From Takakia lepidozioides (Eukaryota; Plantae; Bryophyta), in assembly GCA_030704615.1 (NCBI GenBank), contig CM060732.1, positions 2,666,001 through 2,730,000 of the forward strand: a stretch of DNA of 64,000 bases. Direction: 5' to 3'. This document shows positions 49,290-61,851 of the stretch, in pieces (position 1 is the stretch's first letter; each line of letters starts with the position of its first letter). A program made the translations under genes and the position numbers. Under the pieces are notes generated by a model. That model made no database searches. It worked only from the letters and a program-made list of their open reading frames with translations, and was not told the origin of the DNA.

Positions 49290-49690
49290 GGTACCTATGT
49301 CTGGGAAAAATGGCGCCGAATTTCTCTTTTGGGGCCGAAAACTGGCTAAGTCCCAACAGGCACTGGTACACTGGTTGTCTGGAAAAATGGCGCCGAATTT
49401 CTCTTTTTTGGGCCGAAAACTGGCTAAGTCCCAACATGCACTGGTACAGTGTCTGGAAAAATGGCGCCAAATTCCCTACTTTGCGCCGAAAACTGGCTAA
49501 GTCCGAACATGCACTGGAAAAATGGCGCCGAATTACCTGTCATGAGGGGACCTATAGCCGCGGAATTCGGCACCATTTTTCGCCAGAGAGACCTATTACT
49601 GCGAAATACGTCGCCGTTTTTTCAGGTTACGGACCCTATTACCGCGAAATTCGGCGCCATATTTGCACATGTCGCTGGGAATTGGCATGA
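49290..49690. repeat. Subterminal cluster of GGAAAAATGGCGCCGAATTT-type motifs
   Basis: Several degenerate subfamily-B palindromes with CTGGCTAAGTCC spacers. Confidence 0.75.
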
Positions 49691-50609
49691 GCGGAAGACG
49701 AAATATCATGAGCACAACTGTCAAAACTGCAATTTTCCCTTCAAGGGGCCGAATAATATATCTGTTTTTCCTGACACATTGCATTAAATTATTGTTTTTT
49801 ATTGTTTTTTATTTTCGAAATTTGTACTTCTGCTCATGAAAACCGATTGTCTTACTACTCTGCTCATGCCGCTCATGCCGCTCATGCTCATGAAATAGCA
49901 AACCTCCCTCTGCTTGGTATTCTGTGTAAAGGGAAGCGGTGTCGCCTCTCTCAGTGTGATGATCAATTCCAGGAGATAGGAGCATGTAAGGAGAGCGGCG
50001 CACCACCGCGGCCGCCATTGCCTTGAAGATGACAGTTATGGGCAGATGAGCAAGCAAGGAAAACGGCCAGCTGCTAGAAGCACAAGGAAGAGAGTCTGGA
50101 CACAATCAATGGGGGGGATAAAGCATGTAGAGTGCTGGCTATATGGCATCTCAGGTTCTCTGTCATCAAGCTTCTAGCTGCTTTTGTGTCTTCTTGTTAT
50201 AAGACCAGGTCGATTCGTAAGAAAGAATTGCATAGAGCGATTTAGTGGGCAAGCCACAGGATGTTCCAAGGGCTGAAGAGGAGCCATCATGGCATGATAA
50301 AGACTGGAATCAAGACAAGGAGAAAAGGTTGAAGTGGCTGCTGACAGGCGATGTCGAGGTGCCACCTTGACAGGCAGACCCACCGCTTCACTAGAGGATA
50401 AAAACAGATAAGTCTGTGGACTATGGGCTTCTTTTGGTGGGAAACTTAGAAATTGCTTTGGTAGATTTAGGACTGCATCTTGGTAGAAGAGAGAAGGTGG
50501 AGACATGTGATAGAGGAAAAGGTTTTTGAAATGGAATGGAGACTCTGGACTTCAAACCAGAACATGGAAATGATGGATGCACCTGATGTTGTGGTGTCAG
50601 TAAGAGAAA

Positions 50610-51250
50610 TGAGTGAAGAGAGAGAGAGAGAGAGTGTTTGTCACTGAAATCAGAATGGTCACTGTTGTCTTCATTCTTGAGTCTTGTTTCAATGTTATAA
50701 ACCTGCACACAATGATGCCGTGGGTAGTGATGCACTGGAACCAATGTAAATCTAGCTTGTTTGCTTGGAGAGATCAAATGAGGGTTAGCTGGAATTGTTG
50801 AAAACATAGAAAGGGTAAGGTGATTTAAGTATGGTGTCAGGATATGAACAACTGCGTTTCACAGTTGAAGACAAAGAAGGGATGAGAGCTGTTTGGGCAA
50901 TGGGTTCTTTGGAAAAAGGTAGTGTGAAGGGCTGAACATTGACAGAGAGAGAGAGAGAGACAGAGACAGAGAAGAAGGGACAAGAGGGAGAGAGGGAGAG
51001 AGAGACTGATGAAGAAGATGGTTGTGTCTTGAGAGACCGAGGATGACTTCAAGGCTGGCTGCACTGGATGCTTGGCAGAGTGTGCATTTGCATTACATGA
51101 TAGATGTGCTGTTGTGAAGAAGTGAGGAGCCTGTAGACATAGAAAGGGATAGAGAAACAGACGAATGAGGGAAGAGAGAGAGAGAGAGAGAAAAGGGGAT
51201 TTGGGAAATGAGAGAGCTGTTCAGCAAAAGGGCTGATGGGGGGGGGGGGT
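50610..51250. repeat. GA microsatellites and a poly-G tract
   Basis: (GA)n at ~50617-50633, ~50944-51005 and ~51173-51190; G-run at ~51238-51249. Confidence 0.8.
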
Positions 51251-51755
51251 GGCCAATTTGGGGAGGTAAGATGAAGAAAACCTGAACCTTGAATGAAACC
51301 AGTGCCTCTGCAGTTCAAGAAGACCTGAGCTGCCTTCTCCTAAATCTGTGTCACCATTACAAAAGGGGATTTCCGACATGTCACTGCTCAAGGGGGCTTC
51401 ACACAAAGGGTCCTGTTTACCGCTGCCATTGGGCTGCTTGCATCACAAAAAAGATCACGCCAACACGGTTGGTGCCGTGATCATAGGGCTAGGCTGTTGT
51501 ATAGAAGTAGAACCGAGAGCAAGAACAATTCAAAAACTCCCCATCCATGTCTTCTCTTCCGCTGCGGCGTGGATGAGGATTCCGTAAACTCTGATCACGA
51601 ACGAACCTGAAGGAAAACCCATATAGCCGTGTGACGATGGTTGGACAGAGTAAGAACGCTCCTTTCCTTTGCTGGGCAAAATCAACTGGGGGGGAGAGGA
51701 CCACAGCTTTAGGATTAAGCAGAAGGGGATTCACGCCCCTTCTTTTCACACTACA

Positions 51756-51913
51756 GCTTTCTGAATGAGCTCGGGCTCCAGCATTTCCGCAAACATGTGC
51801 GGATCAGTGAGACCAGTTTTCCTCACCCTGTACAGCATATGTGCCATGTGGGTATGCACGTACGCATTTTCAGTTACCCTGCAAGGCACACTCTCCAGTT
51901 CAGTCCACGGAAG
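51756..51913 (-). pseudogene. ParB-MTase gene copy 2: end of intron 2 and first part of exon 3
   Basis: Acceptor TTGCAG ending at 51879. Phase-2 join to the donor at 61933 gives LNS-VTENAYVHTHMAHMLYRVRK...LIQK. Confidence 0.72.
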
Positions 51914-52836
51914 TGTCGCCCGGCTTTTACTCACCCATCCCTTCGCTATTCGAGGCGGAAACTCCAAGATAGAAGAGTTGGAAATCTCTAAGTACTCAGC
52001 CCGCGCAGAACAATCAGTCATGACCTACAGCTAGTGTATCATGGGGGTGTTTCCTATTTGTTTCCCTTTTGGCATTCATGTTAGCTACCTTATCATTGAT
52101 AATTAAGTACCAGTTTGCTTTATCAATCTATTGGATTCCATCAACTCATCCATTCATTCCACAGCTTCACTCAGATCTCTCTACACAGTGTGATTGTATC
52201 GTATAAGTATCCGATTATGATTTATCAGGTGTCAGGCCGAAGCCATTGTGTCTCTAATCTGCTCTACAATATCACTACAGCTTTGCATATAACAAGCATC
52301 TACTCATCATCTCTCCATCTTCGCTTCCGTTCTTCATCTCTGCCCGATCCCCTCTCCTGCATGACCAAGAATTGCTTCCCCACCAGTGCCTCCAAGAATC
52401 CCCCCAAAAAGCCCCTGCTTCTCCCTTTATCTTCCTACCCGTGGCTCTAACCGTTTCCCTCACTAACCGTCGTCCGTGAACTAACATGTTCCTTTTGCAG
52501 GTGTTGTTCCCCACAGCCGTTCCCTGTCCTGCTCTCCGTTCCCTATGGTCGTGACAGCTGTGTCAAGCTGTGACTGGCTGTGTGAAACTGTGACGGGCTG
52601 TGACTGGCTGTGCGACTGTGTTTGGCTGTGTCGGGCTGTGACTGGCTGTGTGGCTGTGTCTGCTGTGACGACTGTGACGGGCTGTGTTGGATGTGCCGGC
52701 TGTGACGGGTTGTGTAACCCCCCTGTACAGTGCGCTGCTGTCACCCCTAAGGCTCCTGTTGGTCTCAGTCTGTGCAAAATTAAGGGTACCCTATAGATCC
52801 CGTATAAGTGTCTAAGTCCCAGACAGTCCTCTAACA
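51914..52836 (-). repeat. 3' LTR
   Basis: TG...CA; preceded by the PPT on the minus strand. Confidence 0.92.
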
Positions 52837-52874
52837 TTACCCCTTCCCCTCTTAAAAAGCCGTGTCCTCACGGT

Positions 52875-55160
52875 TTACTGATTGCGATTAGCAAACCTTT
52901 GTGAGTGAGCACCTTTCTGACGTTGAGAGTTTCGTGGCGGACTGTGTGTACGAGCCCGAGGTCTGTCTCTGGTTGACGGAGATATTTGATCACTACCTGG
53001 ATAAGTGAGGCCCTCTGGAGGCTGATATCGAGGTAACCTTTCTGGCATAGGAGACCCCCGTCGCTTCTTCTCTACCATCTGAATTGCATAGTCTTCTCCC
53101 ATGTCAAAAGAATTCGGTGAAGAAACAGTTGTATCAGAATCTTCATCGCCTCTCAGGTGTTTTAATTTTTGAACTTTTTGTGGAATCCTCTGGGGCATAC
53201 AATGCTGTCCTACCATGTCTGGAAGTTTATATTTTACAACTTGTTGTAACCGCTGAACAGCAAAATTGGTGTAGACACTGAGCTCCTTGTCTGTCCAGGT
53301 GAGTGGGGTACCAATTACTGGTGCAGCGTGCAAGTATTTCCATGCCACATGTCCCTTATAGAAAATATCATCAATGCCGAATTTCTGTGTTGACAAATGG
53401 TTCCAGGCCGCTTGAAACCATGAACGAATTTGAGAATCCTTTTGCATCATAACTTTTGCGTCATATAGGTACATATGAGGTGGCACCGAAGGTAATACCC
53501 AATGATCCCCACTGGAATAACTCAGAAAGCGCGCTTGCATTTTTTGTTGCTCAATGTGATAACGTACCAGAAAACAAGCAGCGTAGTATAACCCGCATCC
53601 CATGACAATACTTGCTACCTCCTTGGTCTTGGTATAAATGAGTCCATGTACAACCTGGAAAACAATTAATTCCCTCAACATGGTACCTGCCTCGTGCCAG
53701 TACTGTGCAAAGTGATGATCCTCAATTGGTCGATTGTTCGGAAGAACTTTAGTCCTAGTTGCCACTGGCAGCCAGATGCGCATGATTTGGTAGTAATGTG
53801 CGAATGACTGCGGAGGACTAAATTCTTTCCAAGCCAAATCCAACATGATGGGAATTTGGTTGAAGGGCATAATCATAGCCCTACTGTACTCCCTTGCAGC
53901 TGGAGTTTTAGGTGGGTTAAAAGCAGCATTGCCCCATACCTCAGGCTGTGGTGGCTGTGGTGTGGTTGTAGTAACAACAGGTTCAGCTACTGGTACAGTG
54001 ACTTGTTGTGGTGTTGGTGGTACTGGCTCTTGTATCATTGGCATCTCCTGCACCTCCTGTGAAGACTGAAAAGCCAAAGTTCTGGCTTGTAAATAAGAAG
54101 CCATTAGCTGTTCCTGAGGGATATAGACTCTTTTGTCGATGTTTGAAGTCATTTCCTCCACTTGAGTCTGCAGTCCGTCTATATCCTCCTGTAACTCTGC
54201 TATCCTACTATAGACATTGTCTATAGTAGTTGTGGCAATGTTCTGCACTTGTAGTCTGAGCTCATTCATCTCGCTTTGGGTGAGCTTTCATGGTGCTTTG
54301 CCCTCTACTGGCCCTTGTGCTAACCAGACCTGCATAAGGCTGTTATCCACCAAGTTGCTTGTGGTTCCCCTGAGAGTTTGCTCCTCTCTTAGCTTGTACA
54401 CTTCTAACTGCTGTTGTAAAGCCTCCATGCGCTTCGCATAAGGTTCAACCAGATTCGCATAGGCAGCAAGTAGATTATTAGCTTCCTTCCAAGCCTTGTT
54501 AGTGACCGTGATTTCAGTTCTATTGGCCATTAGCGTTTGTTGCAACTCCACGATGTGCTTCTCTTGATCAGCTTCAACCTGCCTGTATCGCTTGAAAGTA
54601 TCCTCATTGCGACATATTGTATTCTTCATATCGACAATGAGTTTCATTTGCTCAACATTCTCTTCTTCTGCCTTCGTACATTTTTCGCTTGACTGTTTAT
54701 TTCTTTTGTAGATTGGTCAAGCATAGTTGTGAATGTAGCACATTGTATCACCATCCTGTCATGCACTGTCTGCAACTCTGTATGTAGTGCATTCACTTCT
54801 TGCAACTTGCTTTCATGCTGCACCTGCATTTGGTATAGCTGTTGCTTATGTGCTTCGTGCAACTGGTCTTGCGCGAGGCCTGCCTCAATTAATTGTTCCT
54901 TGGCCAGTTGCAAAGCCGATTCTGTATTCTCCAAGTCTTGCTGCATCTTGAGAGTGAGCTCTTCATCGACCTTGTTTGCACATTCAGTGGCTAGTCGAGC
55001 TTCAAACTCCTTCCTGAGTTCCTATCTCAAGGCTGTCAATTGGGTAGTTGGAACATGGGATTTGACATAAGTCCCCAACAAATTAAGTGTCCTGCCTATG
55101 GAACTCATCAGCATTGCCTGTTGAGGGTCATCATGGTGAGGTTGCTGCTGTTCCTCCTGA
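52875..55160 (-). pseudogene. Gypsy extra 3' ORF (coiled-coil), 5'-deleted, with stops
   Basis: Chain of ORFs 55022-55160, 54644-54946, 54288-54647 and 52875-54269. Confidence 0.75.
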
Positions 55161-55164
55161 TCCT

Positions 55165-58100
55165 TCCTTCCAGATCTCTGCAAAGGTCCTAGCCTCTGAC
55201 ATTCATCACAACTCTGACAATACTCGTGTACATCTTTGAACAAAGTAGGCCACCAGTACCTGCGAGTAGTATCTTCCTACTGGTAGTCTCTTCTCCAAAA
55301 TGACCTCCAGCCACTCCTTTATGAACTTCCTCCAAAACTTTATTTACTTCATGGTGGTACATGCATCGTTTTAGTACTCCATCAGGTCCTAGCTTATACA
55401 TTCTGCTTCCTACCATAGTATAAGGTAAAGCTTTGATAGCGATTCTCTTCCTCTGCTCCTTACCATAACTAGGTGGGCACTGACCATGAGCAAGGTAGTA
55501 TATGATTGGCCACTGCCAATCTAACCAGTCATCTGCACTTCCCTGCACCTCCACTACAAATAGACTCGCATCTGGTAATTGATCATCTATTCCTGTGGCT
55601 GGTTCTCCTGTTGTTAACCGTGACAAGTGATCCGCCACAAGATGCAGTCTCCCAGGCTTGTAAACAACCTCGAACTCAAACTCGTGCAAGATTATCAACC
55701 ATCTTGCTATTCTTCCGCTTATCAGAGGTTTGTTTACCAGGTATATCAGAGCCTGGTGATCCACATAGAACATAAACTTCTTGCCCAGCAGGTAATGCCT
55801 GAATTTCTTCACTGCATAGATCAGTGCCAATGCTTCTCTTTCTGTTGTGCTATAGTTCCTTTCAGCACTGTTCATCAACCTGCTAGCATAGTACACAGGT
55901 GAATCTATATTTCCTGTAACATTCTGGGCTAACACCGCTCCCAACGCTTCTCCTGATGCATCGCAGTGAACATGAAATACTACATGCCAGTGAGGGTTAA
56001 TTAGCACAGGTGTAGTTGTTACTGACAGTGTAAGTTCCTCAAACGCCTGTTGACATTCAGCTGTCCAGGCAAACACTGCATCTTTCTTCAGTAGTTTGCT
56101 CAATGGTGCTGCTATTTGTGCATACCTTTTGACAAATCTTCTATAATAACTGGTTTGCCCAAGGAATCTCCTTAGATTCTTAACATTCACTGGTGGTGGA
56201 GAGGCTTTAATGGCCTCTGTCTTCCTGGGATCCACAAGAAGTCCCTCTTTACACACAATGTGTCCCAGAAGCACCCCTGAGTTCACACAGAAAGTACACT
56301 TCGCTGGATTCAGGCCCAGACCTCTCATCCTGCATCTGGCCAAACATAACTCCAATTTATGCAAGTGCTCATTCTTAGAGCTGTACACACTGAAATCATC
56401 CAAGAATACCTACATGAAATCATCTAGATACTCATGAAAAGATTCACTTATCACTCTCTGAAAGGTCGCTGGTGCATTACAAAGTCCAAAGGGCATGACT
56501 TTGTATGCATTACCCCCCCAGTCTGTGATGAAAGCTGTTTTTCCTTGGTCTTCTTCTGCCACTTGCACTTGATTATAACCACTGAAACCATCCATGAATG
56601 AGTACATCTCATGGCCTGCCACAATGTCTAATACTGCTTCTGTGAATGGCAAAGGAAAAGGATCTTTCTTCGTACAAGCATTCAGCTTCTTGTAGTTCAC
56701 ACAAACTCTTAGTTTACCGTTCTTCTTGGGAACTATCACAATGGGTGACAACCAAGTTGTATACTCTATTTGATATATAAACTTAGCCTCAGCCAACTTC
56801 TTCATCTCTTCTCCAACCTTCTGTGCGTAGTTGGGATTCATTCTGTACCTCGCCTGCTTGATTGGTACTGACCCTGGTTCCAGTTCAATCTTATGCTGAC
56901 AGACTTCAGGTGGTATCCCTTTTAAATCCTCATAGCTCCAAGCAAATACATCTCTGTATTTGATGAACAAGCTTTTAGCTTCTTCAAAGAATTCCGGCTC
57001 CAAATCAGCTCCTACTTTCACCATCCTCGGTTCCTCTTTAGTTCCCACATTCACTTCCCTCACCTGCTCCTCAGCTGTGATTGTCCAACCAGTCACCACT
57101 TCATCCTGTAAGCTCACAGTGGCTGGTTCCTCTAGGATTTCCATTTCTCCTTCTCTTTCTTCATAGAAATGTGATGGGTAACTGCTGGTTTCCTCTTCAG
57201 TTGGTGTTGCTGTCACTACACCACAGCAGATACCTCTTAAACAACTTAGGCTTTCCAGCCGCATCTCTGCAACCTGCTCCCACTCTGGGTGTGCAGCAAA
57301 TAGGGTAGCTTCCTGCTCCTCATCCAGTCCTCCTTTCCAGTCATACTCTCTGACTCCTCGAGGTCTTCTCGTAGCAGGTAATCTACTAGATTTCTTTGTG
57401 GTAATTTGTATCTCGTGTATCCCATTATGCACGGTTAGTAACTGAGAATTCCAGTCATGGAATACCCTGGCCTGTTTCAGCCACGGACGTCCCAATAATA
57501 AGGAGTAAGCCTCCATGACTTCATCCATCTTCAACACAGTTACTGTGATCATAAAGATCATCTTCTGTATCTGTATCTTAACTCCTCTTATTAATCCCAA
57601 TGGCTGTACACTTCTTTGATCTGCCATTGTTACTGTAAATGGGGCTGGTTTCATGTTACTTAGACCAAGCTTCTTTCTCAATTGGTCTGTCATGATATTT
57701 ACTCCAGAACCTCCATCTATCAGTACATCAGTTAGTTCTGTGCTTCCAATTCTCAATTGGATTACTGGCATAGAATCATCAAAGTCCATGACTGTTTCTC
57801 GCCCTTCCGGCTTCACAGTATAAATGGTCACCTTGCTGTTCAGGTCTGTGTTTCCTGTCTCCTGGGCAATTCGATTGATTGCTTGATACAGCCTGTGCCT
57901 TCAATAAGGTGCCACAGCCAATAGCTGTCCAATGGTAATCTCTGCTTTGGTCTGGCATATTACTTCAGCCAAAGTCTCTTCATTACTTTGCATGTCCGCA
58001 TCTTCTTTCTTCCTTTCCTCCTCCCTTACTTCTTCTTCTTCATCAGAATCAGAGGAATCTGCCACAGGAATATCAGTACTCTTCTGCATTTCCCTTATGG

Positions 58101-60282
58101 TATCTGCCACTTCCTTGTGCAGTTCCTTCTCCTCTCTCCAAGCCCCATCATCTTCAGGTATATCACTGTCACCTTCATTATCATCATCTTCCTCTACTAC
58201 TGGAGCTATTAATTTAGCTTTGCTTCTGGTTACTATCATTGTACTTACTTCTGGTACAACACATGGCCTAACCATGTGAGCTGCCACCACTGGGCCCTCA
58301 TTCACAGGAGCTCTCATCTCATTCTGGTGTCTTATCCAGAATGAACAGGCTGCCTTGCGATGTCCTGGCTGATTACAATAGTAGCATAGTTCTTCACCAT
58401 TGGGTCCTCGCCCTTGGTCTGCTCTTGGATTATTTCTGTAATCCTGATTCCCGGGCTGGTAATTCCCCCTTGGATTACCCTGATAGTTGCCTCTGGAATT
58501 TCCTTGGTAATTCTTTCTTGAATTACCTCTCCCTTCCATGCCATTGTTATAACCACCAGACCTACCATAGTGGTCCTGATCATTGTTTCTTCTTGGCTGG
58601 GGCTGCATCTGATGCACCCTTACTTGCCTAGGTTCTCTTGCAGCTGTCCTTCTGTTGTAGTAACAATTCTCAGTAGAATGGTTATCCATTTTACAGATAG
58701 TACAGTGTTTCTCCTTCATGTGGCATTCTGTGGTGGTATGGCCTTCATTTTGGCACTTTGCAAACCATACACCCTTCCTCCAATGTGTTGCAGCCTCTGT
58801 GGCATACTTTTTCAAGATTTCTTCCAATCTTTTTTCATAGTTATCCCTCTTCAACTTCTCCTTTCTCTTACTCTTCCTTTTTAGTTCTTGCTCTTCTTCT
58901 TCATCTGACTCCTCCTCAGAGTCTTCATCATCCCTTTTCTCTCTCCTGAGCATTCCCAATTGCTCAATTCTGTTTGCAGTTTCAAATGCCTCCTCCACTG
59001 TATTATGGGGTAACATATCCACTTTCTTTTGCAACTCTGGTCTTAGTCCACTCACAAACCAAGTCTTCTGTAAACCGGGTGCTGGTACTGCAGCCAGCTT
59101 TTTCATCATCAATTCCATCTTTTCCATATACTCCTCAACAGTTTCATGCTTCTTTTGCTTTAACTGTTGTAAACTTCCATACACTTCATCCTCAGTTTTA
59201 CTTGTCCTGAACCTATTTCGAAATGTTGTATTCAAGCCATTCCAGTTTAGGAAATGATTATCAGGGAATCTTGCATACCATTCACTTGCTTTCTTTATAA
59301 GTGAACAAGGAAACAATCTCATCTTGGCATCATCGCCATTCTCATTGTTCACTATACACATGTGCTCAATTTGGCTAATGTGTACATCAGGATCCCCTTT
59401 TCCTGAATATATTGGAAAAGGTGGTTTTGCCCGTGTTGGTTGTAACGCCATCTGTGGCCCTACCTTCTGCCCACTGACAGGTGCTGGCACCCTTGCTGGT
59501 GCTGGTCCTTCTGGACCTGTTGTTTTTGTGGTGGATCTTCCACCAAGTGGTGGCCCTTGAGCACTCCCTGCTTCCGGCCCCACGATATTCACAGTATTCC
59601 CAGCTTCAGTTGCACTACTTCCCACACTCCCTGTCCCCCCAGAGCCAGATCCAGGCAGCCCGCCTGATCCCCCTGAGCCGACACCTTCGTTGGCCTGTGA
59701 TCCAAGTGCTCCACTTGATCCAGGTCCAACGGGTTGGGATGTCCTGGTTGTAGTCTCAACCTCAGCTGTTGGGTCTACTTCTTCATATTCTTCCTCTTCC
59801 AATTTCTTCTCTCTGTTTTCATCCTCCAAGTTCTGCCCTTGGGTTTCTTCTTCACTCATGTAACTCAACTGTAATGGTGTTGGAGAGTCTGAACTCTCCG
59901 TTGGCTCTGCCACATCCTCTTCTCCTTCTTCACCTTCTGCTTCAGAAACTGGAGTTCCTGCTTTTGGTGTTCCATGCCAACTCTTATCAAAGATTTCTGT
60001 CAAATCTTTTATCCAGGGATGTACCTCAGATCTTTCACCTCGTGATTGGTCTTCTTCCTGTACCAATTCCCTTAATCTTTCTTGCAAAGAAACAAAAGGA
60101 GTGGCATCCAACTCTAGTTCTTCCGGTATGGGCGATGTACTCTTTGATCTTAATGGTGTGAGAGGTCCAGATGATTCCCCTATGTCTATTCCTCTCTCCC
60201 AAAGATATGGATAATTAGCTTTCAGATAGCTTTCTCTTTTTGCTCAATATTTCTGGCGTCTAGCTTCTCTTTCATCACTCAT
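55165..60282 (-). pseudogene. Gypsy gag-pol (single frame with premature stops); integrase truncated
   Basis: Gag CCHC; VLIDGGSGVN; MDGFSGYNQ; MPFGLCNAPATFQR; FLDD; RNase H; integrase Zn finger. Confidence 0.93.
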
Positions 60283-60303
60283 GTCCCATGTCTTTCATTT
60301 CTT

Positions 60304-60860
60304 TTAATGTGGCAATAACCAAAACTCTCTTCTGTAATATCTCTCGTATATGCCTGGGTTTCTTTCAAGCTTCAATGCACCCTTGGCTATACTTGAAGTC
60401 TCCGTTACCATATAACCATATGGCAAACAAGTCTGGAAAGCTGTTCTTGGTGTGAGTTTGATCCACAAAATATCTTTTGGAATCCAATTCTTTACCAGTA
60501 CAAGCTCTTCATGCATATGAGTATAAACATTCACCTTTCTTTCTTCCCAGCTTTCAAACTCTACCCGCTTAATAGATAGTAAGGCTATCACATAAACCAA
60601 TGTTGGTAACCACCGTGCTCTTCCTCTACAGGCTACCTGATAAATCTTTATCACTCCTTTCTCCAGACCCCATTCCGGATCAGCATCATGCACTCGCTTA
60701 AGAATATTTTCTTTACAACCGTCTGGCAATTCCAAGAACCTTTGAAAGAATTGTTTGGACAATCTTTCTTCCTTCGTTCCACAGGGAATTTGATTCACTT
60801 CAAATTCTTTAATGGTCCAACCACCATGATCCCACCAGATGCCTGTCACATCTGGTTGTT
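60304..60860 (-). CDS. Gypsy ORF0 upstream of gag, unknown function
   Basis: Open frame between PBS and gag, conserved with 23038-23582; start uncertain. Confidence 0.55.
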
Positions 60861-60891
60861 CATGACTCAGTTCCCCAGTATGGTCGCCAAA

Positions 60892-61851
60892 TGTCGCGCG
60901 GCTTTTACTCACCCATCCCTTCGCTATTCGAGGCGGAAACTCCAAGATAGAAGAGTTGGAAATCTCTAAGTACTCAGCCCGCGCAGAACAATCAGTCATG
61001 ACCTACAGCTAGTGTATCATGGGGGTGTTTCCTATTTGTTTCCCTTTTGGCATTCATGTTAGCTACCTTACCATTGATAATTAAGTACCAGTTTGCTTTA
61101 TCAATCTATTGGATTCCATCAACTCATCCATTCATTCCACAGCTTCACTCAGATCTCTCTACACAGTGTGATTGTATCGTATAAGTATCCGATTATGATT
61201 TATCAGGTGTCAGGCCAAAGCCATTGTGTCTCTAATCTACTCTACAATATCACTACAGCTTTGCATATAACAAGCATCTACTCATCATCTCTCCATCTTC
61301 GCTTCCGTTCTTCATCTCTGCCCGATCCCCTCTCCTGCATGACCAAGAATTGCTTTCCCACCAGTGCCTCCAAGAATCCCCCCAAAAAGCCCCTGCTTCT
61401 CCCTTTATCTTCCTACCCGTGGCTCTAACCGTTTCCCTCACTAACCGTCGTCCGTGAACTAACATGTTCCTTTTGCAGGTGTTGTTCCCCACAGTCGTTC
61501 CCTGTCCTGCTCTCCGTTCCCTATGGTCGTGACAGCTGTGTCAAGCTGCGACTGGCTGTGTGAAACTGTGACGGGCTGTGACTGGCTGTGCGACTGTGTT
61601 TGGCTGTGTCGGGCTATGACTGGCTGTGTGGCTGTGTCTGCTGTGACGACTGTGACAGGCTGTGTTGGCTGTGTCGGCTGTGACTGCTGTGACGGGCTGT
61701 GTTGGCTGTGTCGGTTGTGACGGGCTGTGTAACCCCCCTGTACAGTGCGCTGCTGTCACCCCTAAGGCTCCTGTTGGTCTCAGTCTGTGCAAAATTAAGG
61801 GTACCCTATAGATCCTGTATAAATGTCTAAGTCCCAGACAGTCCTCTAACA
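60892..61851 (-). repeat. 5' LTR
   Basis: About a dozen substitutions (mostly transitions, counted by eye) and a repeat-number difference relative to the 3' LTR. Confidence 0.92.

Larger units (their letters stand above)
42773..49906 (+). mobile_element. MULE subfamily B, both ends present, internally deleted, 9-bp TSD
   Basis: GGGGGCTGCTATTTCATGAGC ... GCTCATGAAATAGCAAACCTC. TSD CCTCTGCTT at 42764-42772 and 49907-49915. Confidence 0.95.
42388..51755. mobile_element. Non-coding insertion (~2.2 kb excluding the nested MULE-B) with TGTAGTGTGAA...TTCACACTACA ends
   Basis: Perfect 11-bp terminal inverted repeat (imperfect to ~24 bp) with flanking GCT duplicated. Removing it restores the frame ...LIQKAVAKTDRTW... 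of exon 3. Confidence 0.72.
51914..61851 (-). mobile_element. Ty3/Gypsy LTR retrotransposon with both LTRs and 5-bp TSD GGAAG; internal deletion of the integrase core
   Basis: LTRs at 60892-61851 and 51914-52836. GGAAG at 51909-51913 and 61852-61856. PBS ~60872-60889; PPT ~52837-52851. Confidence 0.95.

Noticed and set aside
49916-51745. Host protein-coding gene
   Set aside because: Only short ORFs with no recognisable motif; the region lies inside the TG...CA insertion.
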